Source of the DNA: Eledone cirrhosa
Lineage: Eukaryota
Length of the DNA stretch: 64,000 nt
Direction of reading: 5' to 3'
Assembly (NCBI GenBank): GCA_964016885.1
Contig: OZ024740.1
Coordinates: forward strand, 267,716,001-267,780,000
The notes under the pieces are model-generated. The model saw nothing but the letters and a program-made list of their open reading frames with translations, was not told the origin of the DNA and searched no databases. The position numbers were made by a program, and so were the translations under genes. This document shows, in pieces, positions 11,575-24,302 of this stretch (its first letter is position 1; each line of letters opens with the position of its first letter).

Positions 11575-11731
11575 TGAGTATTGAAGTTTGCTTGAAGCAT
11601 TGTGGAATAATAAGTAAATATCTTTAAGTCGTTTGGAAGCCTCGAGGTACACCCACTTACATCTCTCTCTCCACCACCGGATCTTGTTACCCGGAGATTT
11701 ACCCATTTGCATTGTCGAGGCTTCCAAACGA

Positions 11732-11735
<4 letters not shown>
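11573..11735. mobile_element. Short inverted insertion of the same Penelope-like 3' end as 9912-10052
   Basis: 11573-11645 is the reverse complement of about 9979-10052; 11646-11735 is a direct copy of about 9912-10001; 21-bp perfect inverted overlap. Confidence 0.85.
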
Positions 11736-11784
<49 letters not shown>

Positions 11785-12098
11785 GTGTGTCTGTGTGTGT
11801 CAGCAGTAGCACTATCATAGTGTAATTCACAATAGAGGTGGCTGTATATGAAGGCGTATACGAGATGACTATGAATGATAAACATATATGTCCCACTATG
11901 ATTGTTTTAAGCTGTAATGATGTCATAACTATTTCAGTTGAGATTAGAATGATCTATAGCTTATATATGTTTTTGAGTATGAAACATCTGCTGGAAAATT
12001 CATTTGCATATAGCGCTTAACGTGGTTGGAATTAATTGGCAGTAGCACAGACATAGCGTCGTCCATAAACGCACCCCCTTTGAATGACATTATCAAAA

Positions 12099-12287
12099 GG
12101 GTGGTAGATTGGCAGTATTGGTAAAGGATCAGACGCCATGATTTTCAGCATAGCGTTACATCCCTTTACGGCCTGAGTTCAAATCTCGCCGAGGTTAACT
12201 TTGCTTTTCATCCTTACGGGGTCGATAAAATAAAGTACCAGTAATGCACTGCGATAATTGCTGGCCTTGTGCCAAAAGTAGAAACAG
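12099..12287 (+). mobile_element. tRNA-derived SINE, short subfamily
   Basis: A box tggcagtattgg, B box gagttcaaatc; TSD ttatcaaaa. Confidence 0.92.
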
Positions 12288-12990
12288 TTATCAAAATGAG
12301 CGTTGACGCGGCCGGTTTTCCATACAATTTGAACCCGTTATCCTCGACTGTAGTGACGGATAACCCTTTTCAAGTTCAAAGGATGCTACGGCACGTTTCA
12401 AACTTGCTACGACACGTTTCCCGGTTCCAGCTTTCAGAGTGTAAAGTTGCCCCTCCCCTCCACTTTCTCCTTTTTCATTATTTACTCTTTTTATTTGTTC
12501 TCTATTTTCCAGTTTGTTGTTTTTCTCTGTTTCTTTTTAAATACTTTCTTTCAAAAATACTTCTGTTCAAAAATCAATTCTAAAAGAGGCTTGCGACTTT
12601 CACTCTCCTTATTTATGCACCATTCGTTCTTTAGAATTTCGGCTGATGTAGTTTTATTGTCTTTTGAAACCAGTAATCTTTTGATTATGTCTGGTATAAG
12701 ACATAATTTCTTTGATCTGCAGCATTCTGTAAAATTCTTCCATCGCAGCAGTAATTTGGGGGTTTCATGACATCTACAATCTTTCCAATCCAGGGTTATC
12801 AAAACATTTGCTTATGTCTTTCATATTATTCTTGTCATAAACACAATTCTGCATAAATGGTACCACTCTTCACTCTTCGTTTAACCTTTCGTTCATATGC
12901 TTCTAAACTTCAGCAAGACAAGTGATAACTTTGGAGTTTTAAATTGAAGATGAAACTAATCGTTCGATCCTTATATCAAACTACTAAAGC

Positions 12991-13066
<76 letters not shown>

Positions 13067-13362
13067 GAAACAAAATGAAAACGAAATTTCATTTCTCACT
13101 CTTAGTATGGCACTTACTTAAATGTAAGTATGCATGTATACGTACATACATATATGTATACAGACGTACAGTAGCATGCACATATATATATATATATACA
13201 TATATATATACATATGCATACAGGTACACATACATATATGCACGTATCAGTTTAGCGGCGCTAACGTCGCTTTGTTCGTTTGTAAACAAACTGAACAGCC
13301 TGAATTTATGCCATACGGTGTTAAGGCAACCACGTCACCTTTTTGTTCAACACTGACACAGG

Positions 13363-13407
13363 AACGATGTACTAGTTTCAAGCTTGTTAGCTATCATCAG
13401 CACCGTT
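13363..13407 (-). ncRNA. Minimal type I hammerhead ribozyme, copy 1
   Basis: Minus strand: aacggtg-CTGATGA-t-agct(aaca)agct-t-GAAA-ctag-TA-catcgtt; 7-bp stem I, 4-bp stem II, palindromic ACTAGT stem III, GUA site. Confidence 0.9.
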
Positions 13408-13828
13408 TACCCATCTGCCAGATAGTTGAACGTTCGAAAGTATATACTTTCCTTATGAAAATTAACGGCTGAGCAGCCTAATTTGCATATTGAGTGAGTT
13501 AAATCGGTCAGGCATACCGAAAACGATAAATTGAAACAAAATGAAAACGAAATTTCATTTCTCACTCTTAGTATGGCACTTACTTAAATGTAAGTATGCA
13601 TGTATACGTACATACATATATGTATACAGACGTACAGTAGCATGCACATATATATATATATATACATATATATATACATATGCATACAGGTACACATACA
13701 TATATGCACGTATCAGTTTAGCGGCGCTAACGTCGCTTTGTTCGTTTGTAAACAAACTGAACAGCCTGAATTTATGCCATACGGTGTTAAGGCAACCACG
13801 TCACCTTTTTGTTCAACACTGACACAGG

Positions 13829-13873
13829 AACGATGTACTAGTTTCAAGCTTGTTAGCTATCATCAGCACCGTT
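13829..13873 (-). ncRNA. Minimal type I hammerhead ribozyme, copy 2
   Basis: Identical to 13363-13407. Confidence 0.9.
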
Positions 13874-14411
13874 TACCCATCTGCCAGATAGTTGAACGAT
13901 CGAAAGTATATACTTTCCTTATGAAAATTAACGGCTGAGCAGCCTAATTTGCATATTGTTTCAAGTGCACACATGCATGAGATAATGTAGATTTATACAC
14001 AAAAACCTAAGAAAGGACGAGATAGATAGGAATGAAACGCTATTTACCTAAGGTGAAATAAAAATAGCACGAATAAAATGTACTCAAATGTTAAATTAGG
14101 CAAATTATTGGAGAGTATTTATGCATACTGAATAATACGAGAAAATTATAATTAGCTACTTTAAAATATAACAGATAAAATTGCCTCACAGAATTGTTTT
14201 TAACACTGTCTGACGCTGCTGTTGATCAATACTGATCGAGTAGAACTATAACTAAAGGTTTTTCAGCTGTGACCATCCTGCCTTATATTTTCGGTCAAGT
14301 CACTGTAATCTTTCCACTTTAAGACAGTATTGTGTGATATGAATGAGATTTGCCTGTTATTTATAGACGGTCGAACAAACTTCTGTTGTCTTTCTCCTTG
14401 GTTCAGGTATG

Positions 14412-14867
14412 TGTAGCGCTCTCTAGATAGGGAAGTAGCTAGAGTTACTTCCCATCGAAAGTCTAGAACCCTCTTTGTAACTTCAGGAAAGGGAAAGAGG
14501 ATATAAATAGCGGCAACGCAGTCAAGCCCTCTCTCTTTTGGCGCCTTCCTTCGAACTGTCAACACTGAAGACAAACATGTTAACTTTTCTCTGATCACCT
14601 ATCATGGATCTGGACTATACCTAATTATGTACGAGAATATTTGTTTACAACAATTATAACATGGAACTACAATAAAATGAAGACTTATATTCGATACCCG
14701 TTCCGAGAAACTGCTTACGTTTTATCATTGCCTTTGTAATGGGAATTAACTCTCATTCTACATGGTGTTATGTAAAAGTATCTTATCCTCGTCTTTATAA
14801 AATTTAGTAGTTAGATTCCGGTGACATTTACTCGAGTAAATAACCCTGGGTCTGGCAGAACACTAAA
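14412..14867 (+). repeat. 5' LTR
   Basis: Direct repeat of 19361-19810; begins TGTAG; TATA-like gatataaatag near 14500; aataaa near 14671. Confidence 0.95.
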
Positions 14868-14868
14868 A

Positions 14869-14882
14869 TGGTGACCCGACGT
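14869..14882 (+). promoter_or_regulatory. Primer-binding site (tRNA-Trp type)
   Basis: tggtgacccgacgt is the complement of the tRNA-Trp 3' end (TGGTGACCCCGACGT) minus one C. Confidence 0.8.
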
Positions 14883-15188
14883 AAAGAAACATCAACAAAC
14901 AAAAAAAATGATAATTTCTGGATACGTTTTCAACAAAGCCTTCGTTATGTATTCGCCATTTTGCTTCCTCCGTGTTACATCACTTCAACTATTCATGTTA
15001 CCACCACGTGTGCATATATTTTTGAAAATACAACTAATTTTCTTTCAAATGTGTTGTCATTGGCTGATTCACGGAAGTTAAACCACATGTGCGGCAGTTA
15101 AAAAAAAAAAGAAGTCATTTCACCCAGCAGCTACTACATTCATGATGAGCAGTTCTTCGCTACCGACGTATTCAGGTGATGCAGAGTT

Positions 15189-15905
15189 GTGATTTGCACA
15201 ACTAGATTCGTATTTTGTTGCACATGGCGTCCAAGCGGCACACAAAGGTTACACGTACTCATAAGCGGAATCCCTGCCTCGCTCGCCGTGTCAGTAAAGG
15301 ATATCATCACAGATCCCCCACAAGGCGTCACTTACGAGACCCTTAAGGCAGAAGTGCTCAGACGGAACAGCCGTTCGTCTGAGAGCAAATTTCGTTCCTT
15401 GTTGGAGGAGGAAAACCTGGGAGATAGAACCCCGTCCCAGTTTTTACGGCGCATCCGGGAACTGAGCGACTCAACAGCAGAGGACAACTCTTTCGTAAAA
15501 CAATTCTTCTTCTCCTGTTTGCAAACAAATGTGCAGACCATACTGGCAAATATAGTCGACACCAGTTCTCTGGACCAAATTGCAGCCTCAGCAGACCGCA
15601 TAATGGAATTTTCTCGAGTACCCACTTCGGCAGATCCACACATTGCTTCTTCTACTTTTAAAGCACAGCCTGTTCCACCTCGTGAGGACTCTATATTGAG
15701 AGCCATTGACGCGCTATGTCATGTGACTAAACTGTGTCGGGAACGAACACATTCCAGATGGCGTCCACGAAGTCGTTCTCCTTCTTTTCATCGTTGCACC
15801 AAAATCCCCGCCAACAACTCGTCTTTATGTTGGTATCACTTGCATTTTCGTGAAAAGGCGAATCATTTTATTCAACCCTGCTCTTTCGGGACTTCGGAAA
15901 ACTAA
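15189..15905 (+). pseudogene. gag: gag (5' part disrupted)
   Basis: YETLKAEVL, LGDRTPSQFLR and CWYH..F...A..(C)..PC (CHCC-type knuckle, one Cys lost). Confidence 0.88.
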
Positions 15906-15959
15906 ACCTGGAGAGTCTGGGCAAGGCAGATCTCTCCCCCATTAATTCTCCTGATCGTG

Positions 15960-18900
15960 CCTTTTTAATAAAAGATCGAATTTCAAACAAATCGTTTATG
16001 GTCGACACAGGATCTAGCTGCAGTATTTGACCCCTTCGTTTCAGCTGTACCAAGCCAAATTTTCCGGTATTTCCTTGTATGCAGTAAACCAGTCTCCTAT
16101 AAAAACTTATGGACAAATATCTCTATCATTGGACCTAGCTTTGCGTCGGGATTTCAAATGGATTTTCGTTGTAGCGGACCTACCCCACGCTATTCTCGGT
16201 GCGGATTATTTACACCACTACTCACTGTTAGTAGATGTCAGAAAACAGAAATTTGTGGATGGCACCACATCTTTATCTACGCCTGCTCGTGGTTCTACTG
16301 TTGCCACCATAAGTCCCGCGTGTTTCATAGCTGCCTCTGGAAACCAGCTTCATTCTTTTCTTGCCTCGTTTTCCGAGTTAACTGACATTTCATTTAAACC
16401 GAACCAAGTAATCCACTCGACTCGATATTTTGTTACAACAACTGCCCCGCCTGTTTTTTCTCGGCCACGTAGGCTGGCTCCAGAAAAGCTAAAAAAAGCC
16501 AGGGATGAGTTCGATCACATGCTTCAGCTTGGTCTTATACGACCGTCCACCAGCCCATGGGCATCCCCGCTTCATTTGGCTCGTAAGGGTGAAGCGGATT
16601 TTAGACCTGTGGGTGATTATAGACGACTTAACGCTATCACAACACCTGATGGTTATCCTCTACCAAATTTACAGGATTTTTTATCCGCTCTGCATGGATG
16701 CAAGATATTTTCTAAAATAGACCTGGTACGCGCTTACCATCAAATACCCATGCATCCGGAAGACATACCAAAAACAGCTGTGACCACCCCTTTTGGTTCG
16801 TTTGAATTCCTATCCATGCCTTTTGGTTGCGGAATGCTTCTAGTACGTTCCAGCGTTTTATCGATGAAATCACGCGTGGATTGGATTTCGTGTTTGCTTA
16901 CGTTGATGATCTAATAGCCAGTGATTCGGATGAACACCATCATCAACATTTATCTCAGTTATTTCAACGTCTCCAATCGTACCAAGTCAGAATCAACCCA
17001 GCTAAATGTGGATTGGTGCAGATTCACTGGAATTCCTCGGACACCTTATAGATTCAGAAGGCATTCATCCTTTGCCAGCTAAAGTAGAGGCGATTCAGCA
17101 ATTAGCACCACCATCATCCTTGAAACAATTGCGCCATTTCTTGGGATTAATTAACTTTTATCATCGCTTTATTCCTAACTGTGCGGACAAGTTATTCCCC
17201 TTGACACAGTTTTTAAGGGCTGTAAAAAAGAAAGATGAAAAAATTTCACTTTCTGCCGATGCATTGCAGTCTTTTAAATCCGTCAAGTCTGAGCCAGCTA
17301 AAGTTTCCTTCCTTGCCCATCCTGTTACAAATGCGAGACTTTCCTTATCTGTTGATGCATCTGATCGTGCTGTTGGCGCAGTTTTGCATCATGTAATCGA
17401 TCACCAAGTTCAACCATTGCATTTTTCTCTCGCCAATTAAAACCAGCAGAACAGAGATACAGCACCTTTGACAGAGAACTTTTGGCGATTTATCTTGCCG
17501 TGAAGCACTTCCACCACCTTTTGGAGGAGCGGGAGTTCACGATATTCACGGACCACAAACCGTTAACGTTCGCTTTACAATCCAAGTCCGACAAGTACTC
17601 TCCGAGAGCGTATAGGCATATGGTTCTCATCTCACAGTATACCAGTGACATTCGTCACATAGCTGGAACTTCCAACATACTTGCGGACGCACTATCTCGA
17701 CTTTCTGTGTGTTCTCTTGCGTCTCCTGCACATATCGATTTAGTTGCCTTGGCAACTGACCAACCAACTTTGGATTCGCTGGACATTTCCTCTGACCAGT
17801 TCTCCTGCTGCAAATTGGAATATTTACCTCTTCCATCTTCTGAAGGGAAAATTCTCTGCGATGTTTCTACTGGCTCACCCAGACCACTTGTTCCAGATTG
17901 TCATCAGCGTACCGTTTTTGATGCACTTCATTCCTTGTCACATCCTGGCATAGCTGCCACGGTGAAGCTTATTACGGCTCAATTCTTCTGGCCTAATATG
18001 CGTCGTTTAATCACCGGTTGGGCACGTTCTTGCTTGAAGTGTCAGCGCTCTAAGATTCATCGGCATGTCCGCGCTCCTCTTGGAAAATTCAGCTCAGCCC
18101 GCCTGACGCACGTTTCCGTCATATACACATGGATATTGTTGGTCCATGGCCCGTTAGTCGTGGATTCACATACATATTGACTTGTATCGATCGTTTCTCT
18201 CGGTGGTCTGAAGCCATACCCCTCATGGACATAACATCAGAGCCCGTTGCCCGAGCTTTCATTTCCAATTGGATTGCTCGTTTCGGTGTTCCTACTAAAA
18301 TAACTACGGATCGTGGACGCCAATTTGAGGCTTCCTTATTTCGTGAAATATCACGTCTCTTGGGTGCTCATCACATCCATACGACCAGCTATCACCCAGC
18401 CTCCAATGGAATGATCGAGAGGTTTCATAGACAGTTGAATGCTGCACTTCGCGCTATTCCTGATCCACAACGTTGGACTGAATTTTTGCCTATCGTGCTG
18501 CCATTAAGACAGATTTAGGTTTTTCTTCTGCTGAACTTCTTTATGGTACCACATTGTCTCTTCCTGGACAAATGTTAGCACCAGTGGATTCATGACATCT
18601 TGACCCAGCATCATATGTCACCAGGATTCGTTCGTATTTCTCGGATCTTCCACCGATGAACCCTCGTGACCAATCTATTTCTTCTACTGTCCCATTGGAC
18701 ATCTCTACGTGGACACACATTTTCATATGGAATGATTCCGTCAAGGGACCTCTTACGTCACCTTATAATGGACCTTTTCGTGTGCTTTCGCACACACCCA
18801 AACATTTCGCAGTGGCTGTCAATGGCCGAAAAGAGACAATATCCATTGACAGAGCAAAAAAGGCTTTCTCCGAAAGTCTCATCACACTGCCTGATACACC

Positions 18901-19030
18901 TCGTACATACACTCCTACACCAACACTTTCACCTCCACCGCAAATACCACATACCACACAACCTTATGTCACACGAGGTGGCAGGACGGTAAAATGGCCA
19001 CGAAAACTCTCAAAAACAATATACATTTAA
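15960..19030 (+). pseudogene. pol: pol (protease, RT, RNase H, integrase) with multiple frameshifts
   Basis: VDTGS; SPWASPL, DYRRLN, KIDLVRAYHQIP, YVDD; DASD, FTDHKPL; [29 protein letters not shown]. Confidence 0.95.
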
Positions 19031-19347
19031 ATCCCAGTGGCATTAACATACCTCTTCTTTTTCAGTTTTCAGATAGAACTAGTGTCAGAAAAGTCTGTAC
19101 ACTAGTGGTGTATGAACTATTTGACTTTGAAAAACATTGATTTTACCATTGAGCACCAATATTCTCTGCTCCTTTGTATGACTATGATTTATCATTCGTT
19201 ACATTCAAACATTCTTTGCATTACTTGTTTTATGCTCATTTTGCTATTTGCTTGCTCATATTTTATTCATTCATGTTCTTGTACCTTTTGTTTTGCGCCT
19301 CATGTTCTCGCTACAATGATTTCATTTGGTAATTCCACTTCTCGTCT

Positions 19348-19357
19348 GAGAGGGGAG
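19348..19357 (+). promoter_or_regulatory. Polypurine tract
   Basis: gagaggggag just upstream of the 3' LTR. Confidence 0.8.
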
Positions 19358-19360
19358 TCT

Positions 19361-19810
19361 TGTAGCGCTCTCTAGATAGGGAAGTAGCTAGAGTTACTTC
19401 CCGTCGAAAGTCTAGAACCCTCTTTGTAACTTCCGGAAAGAGGATATAAATAGCGGCAACGCAGTCAAGCTCTCTCTCTTTTGGCGCCTTCCTTCGAACT
19501 GTCAACACTGAAGACAAGCATGTTAACTTTTCTCTGACCACCTATCATGGATCTGGACTATACCTAATTATGTACGAGAATATTTGATTACAACAATTAT
19601 AACATGGAACTACAATAAAATTAAGACTTATATTCGATACCTGTTCCGAGAAAATGCTTACGTTTTATCATTGCTTTTGTAATGGGAATTAACTCTCATT
19701 CGACATGGTGTTATGTAAAAATATCTTATCCTTTTCTTTATAAAATTTAGTAGTTAGATTCCGGTGACATGAACTCGAGTAAATAACCCTGGGTCTGGCA
19801 GAACACTAAA
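19361..19810 (+). repeat. 3' LTR
   Basis: About 16 substitutions and one 6-bp indel relative to the 5' LTR (manual count). Confidence 0.95.
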
Positions 19811-20539
19811 TATGTAATTCTAGCTTTGTATATTGTTATTTCACTTTTCTTGTCATTCGCCCCGTTTGTCCGCTGGGACCATGGGGGCGTGCTAACCTTT
19901 AAACACATATTAGATGACATTGGCATCAAAGAATTATTTACATCAGATGTATCATCCATATTTATCATATATGCAGGAATATTATTCGCCTACAATATTA
20001 CATAAAATCAATTTAATACGAAGTATGGACAGTTGAAACATTAAGGGATATTTCTCTCAAAAGCAGTAAGCGATGTAAAATAATGTTGCTTAGCGATGCT
20101 AAACATCGAGAAAATTGCTATGAACAAAGACAACCTACATATATTTACTTCCACCAATTTTCTAAGCCAATATCGAATTATGACAATGTTTACTAAATGA
20201 TTATTCACGGACTAACTATTTAGAACCATGGTGAAAATTTGAAAAGATTTATTGATGGCTTAAATACATAAATATCTGAGATGAGTTGTTAATAAGATTA
20301 CAATTTTTCAGACTATTAACCCCATCTTTAGAGAGGAAAAGTTATTTCACAATATTTAAATCTACATGATGTTTCGATCGGATTGTTTTCCTATTGTCAC
20401 CACTCGCCTGATACTTGGATATGTGTGGATAGCACCAGAGTAGAATCCTTTATTTAAGCTGAAAGACAGTTTTAAATTACGTCTTCGAACACACACTCTA
20501 TATGTTGCTGTTGTTGATATTATTATTATTATCATTATG

Positions 20540-20725
20540 TTGGCACAAGGCCAATAATTATGGAGTTAGAAGAAAGTCGATTAAATTGACCCCAGTGCGT
20601 TACTGGTACTTTATTTTATCGACCCTGCAAGAATGAAAGGCAAAGCTAACCTTGGTGTGATTTGAAATCAGAACGGAACATAAAGGGCCGTAACTATATG
20701 CCGCAGAGTATGTTATTCGATGCTA
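20540..20725 (-). mobile_element. tRNA-derived SINE, long subfamily, diverged
   Basis: Family match to other copies in the window. Confidence 0.82.
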
Positions 20726-20964
20726 ATAATCAATCATGAATAATGATTATCAGTATTTTAAACTGAAATTTTTTAGAAGGGCCTCAAATTTGATATAGCT
20801 TAGGGCCTCAGCAGGTGAAAGCCCGACCTTGGCTATGTTATTCTAATGAATGACATAGCCAGGTCACAAATGTGTTATGAGGACAAGGAGTGATATGACG
20901 GATACTTGTATACTATTTCTAGTAGATCGAGGCACCGTGTAAGAATTCTATTATTCGGTACTCT

Positions 20965-21181
20965 AGGGCGGTGGATTGGCAGTATCGGTAGAGGGTCGGA
21001 CGCCATGCTTTGTAGCATAGAGTTACGGCCCTTTATGGTCTGAGTTCAGATCCCGCCGAGGTTAAATTTGCCTTTCATCCTTACGGGATCGATAAAATAA
21101 AGTACCAGTCACGCACTGGGGTCGATTTAATCGACTTTCCCCTCCCCCAAAATTGCTGGCCTTGTGCCTAAATAAGAAACC
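20965..21181 (+). mobile_element. tRNA-derived SINE, long subfamily, full length
   Basis: A/B boxes; TSD attattcg(g/a)tactct. Confidence 0.92.
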
Positions 21182-21235
21182 ATTATTCGATACTCTGACA
21201 GCCCTTACTCGTAAATAATGTGTAAATAATGTCTG

Positions 21236-21378
21236 ATTTAGGCACAGGGGCAACGGTTTTAAGGGAGAGGAAAGTCAATTAATTCGACCCAGTGCGTGAC
21301 TGGTACTTTAATTCATCGACCCCGTAAGGATGAAAGGCAAAGCTAACCTCGGCGAGATTTGAAATCAGAATGTAAAGC
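21236..21378 (-). mobile_element. tRNA-derived SINE, long subfamily, 5'-truncated
   Basis: Family match to other copies in the window. Confidence 0.85.
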
Positions 21379-21398
21379 TTAATAATATTATTAAGTCA

Positions 21399-21584
21399 GG
21401 GACGGTGGATTGGCAGTATCGGTAGAGGGTCGGACGCCATGCTTTCCAGCATAGTTATGTCCCTTTACGATCTGAGTTCAAATCCCGCCGAGGTTGTCTT
21501 TGCCTTTCATCCTTACGGGGTCGATAAGATAAAGTACCAGTAATGCACTGGGTAATTGCTTGCCTTGTGCCTAAAGTAGAAACA
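21399..21584 (+). mobile_element. tRNA-derived SINE, short subfamily
   Basis: A box tggcagtatcgg, B box gagttcaaatcc; 12-bp TSD attattaagtca. Confidence 0.93.
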
Positions 21585-21675
21585 ATTATTAAGTCATATG
21601 TAAATAATTTGAAAAATAATATTCGTTTACTAGTTATACATAATTCTAATATAAATTAGTAGAATGAAAAATAAT

Positions 21676-21860
21676 TGTTTCTACCTTAGGCACAAGGCCA
21701 GCAAATACCCAGTGCATTACTGGTACTTTATTTTATCGACCCCGTAAGGATGAAAGGCAAAATCAATATCGGCGGGATTTGAACTCAGATCGTAAAGGAA
21801 CGTAACTATGCTGGAAAGCATGGCTTCCGACCCTCTACCGATACTGCCAATCCACCACCC
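21676..21860 (-). mobile_element. tRNA-derived SINE, short subfamily
   Basis: 20-bp TSD ttagtaga(a/c)tgaaaaataat. Confidence 0.93.
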
Positions 21861-24232
21861 TTAGTAGACTGAAAAATAATAATAATATATCTGCTATTGT
21901 GTTAATTTAGATATTTAGTTTTTCTTACAGAATCTTTCATGAATTTCTTGTAAAGACTAGATTTATTATTTAGTTTCAATAATTAAAATTAACAACATAA
22001 ACAGTTATGAAAATAGCGACTTCGACAACATTGTTGTTATTTATCATTTGGGATTCACACACAATGTCACGAGGGCAATCTAGTGTGAAGCACTCTATCT
22101 ATACTTGAAGTCTTTTTAAATGAAGAAAGGCCTTGTACTGGACCAATTCCACTCTCTGAACAACGGCGACAGGTACACAAAAAGAAGAACAGGTCAACAT
22201 CATTGGCTGCCATCGAGTCATTCACAGGTTTTACATCAGAGTTTCCCTTCTCCTAGAAGGATGCCTTAATAAGAACTTAGTAAAATGGTGAACTATGATT
22301 GATATCGAAAACCGAGAAAGATTTGTCCTCTTCAGCGTAAAACTAATGTGGTTCTCAAAGAAGGTATGTAGTAATATAAGTTCAAAGAATTTCTTTACTT
22401 TAAATAGAAAACGGAATTATTTTAATGTAGTTTAGAAGATTGTAAAACATAGTGTTTCAAAATCAATATTGAGAGTATTTTCCAGTTTCTTTCTGAGGGT
22501 GGATAGTAGTGACATCTTTCTTTTCGAATTTTTCAAGAGATGTTGAAAGTAAAAGCAATTAGACGAGACATGAAAAGAAGAAATTATATATTCTGACTTT
22601 TACAAACTAATCTTTCTCTATTTGGGAAGACATGTTTGAATATGGCATGTTCAATAGAAAGATACTAAAATTTAAATGCATATTTAGAGATGCAAGTAGA
22701 AAATGTAGGGCTTATGAAATCATTACAATTGAGAGATAAAGAGAAGGAAATTTGATTTTGCTCAAATTGTTACTGAACTACTTTTGGCAAGCTCGTTGTC
22801 AGATAAGGTTCTATAGCTTTCTAAATAATAAAACTCTTCTCTATTTCTAGAAAACCATTAATCCGAGATCTCAGCATCTCAGCGTCTACGTCAGTAGCTT
22901 TAGATGATTTAGTGAGATTAATGCAACCAGCATAGAACATGAACAGATTTTTGGAATAAGGATGCATTTATGATTTGGGTAAATAATTATGGAAGTAAAT
23001 AAAAAAATAGTGAGAAATAATTGAGAAATAATGTTTTGGGGATACAAATATAATAAGACTTTTAGGATATATCATTAGTCAAAGCATCCAGTGACGGGTC
23101 TTCTCTATAATTGATTTTGTGGAACGTGTTTTATTCTTTGTATTAAGGGCTTCTGCGTTTTGATGTTAATATTTGCCAAATAACTCCGTCCTAATTAGAG
23201 GATCGATTGAAAGGTACCTTTAACCTTCTGATATTAGCAACAAGCAATAGGTTTGAATCAAATTATGCAAATGAGTGGAGAATCAGTGTACAATCTGAAC
23301 TGTAATTAATAAGATGATTAAAAACTGAGAGAAGATAACTGAAGACGTATAATATTTGATGTGCAAATGAGTTAATAAGCTGGAAGACTGAGCCATAGTA
23401 TTGTTAATCAGAACATTGAATACAAATATAATTAGTTTCAGGCATAATCCATAGTTTGTAAATTTATGCAGAAAAATTTGCATCTTGAAGAATGATTTAC
23501 CTATTATCAACTGTAAAGGTATCACAATGGTTTTATAATATTAAATACTTTTATGTCACATCAAGAAGCCGATCGTCGATAGTTGTAACTGAAGGGGTCG
23601 TGATTCGGTCACTCGGCTTGCCAAAATTGCAACCAAATCTCTTTCAATTTCTATTATAAATGGATAAGCGTATCTAATAAAATATTTCTAAATATAATAT
23701 TCACATAAAACATTCAAATAGCAGAATTTGCAAAAGTTCCATATATATATATAGTGAGAGCAAATGGGAAAATACACATGACTCAAATATATGATAGTAT
23801 ATTATTGACAAACGGGTTCAGAATTAAATTAGCTTAACGTGTTTAAAAATTATTGGTCTGAAAAAAAGATTTTTTTTTCGGAAGAAAAAAAGCTGGAAAG
23901 ACACATAGCAAATATAACGGAAATATGTAGACCATCGTTATATCAATGGGTAAACTGAAGATGTTCCCTATTCTGTGTAGGATGGGAATTGAAATTCAGT
24001 TTAATTTAATATAATTTTAAATTTCCTCTTAAGATAGAGCGGTATGTAAAAGTTATTGTAAATTGAATCTTTGCATCGTTTTGCACTTATTGATTTTGAT
24101 TATATGAATTACGCTTAACATTCTTACAGTAAATCAATGTATAATGCTGATGTTAATAGCGCTCTTGAAACACATAGAAGTGATTAAAAACGCTTTAAAA
24201 ACTAATTTTTCCATTTATATATTTGATTATTC

Positions 24233-24302
<70 letters not shown>

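Larger units (their letters stand above)
13063..13958 (-). mobile_element. 466-bp-period tandem (one full copy plus a 430-bp copy), each with an HHR; retrozyme- or pLTR-like
   Basis: 13063-13492 matches 13529-13958 with only one difference seen; 36-bp unique segment; no credible ORF; abuts (TA)n. Confidence 0.85.
14412..19810 (+). mobile_element. Full-length Ty3/Gypsy LTR retrotransposon (CsRn1-like), inactivated
   Basis: Two LTRs of about 450 bp, 4-bp TSD TATG, tRNA-Trp-type PBS, PPT, gag-PR-RT-RH-IN domain order. Confidence 0.96.

Noticed and set aside
12300-12990. Short minus-strand ORF (12551-12802) as an exon or transposase
   Set aside because: No recognisable motif; cannot be supported without a search
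20965-21860. tRNA genes
   Set aside because: The A/B boxes belong to SINE heads with TSDs; no complete cloverleaf
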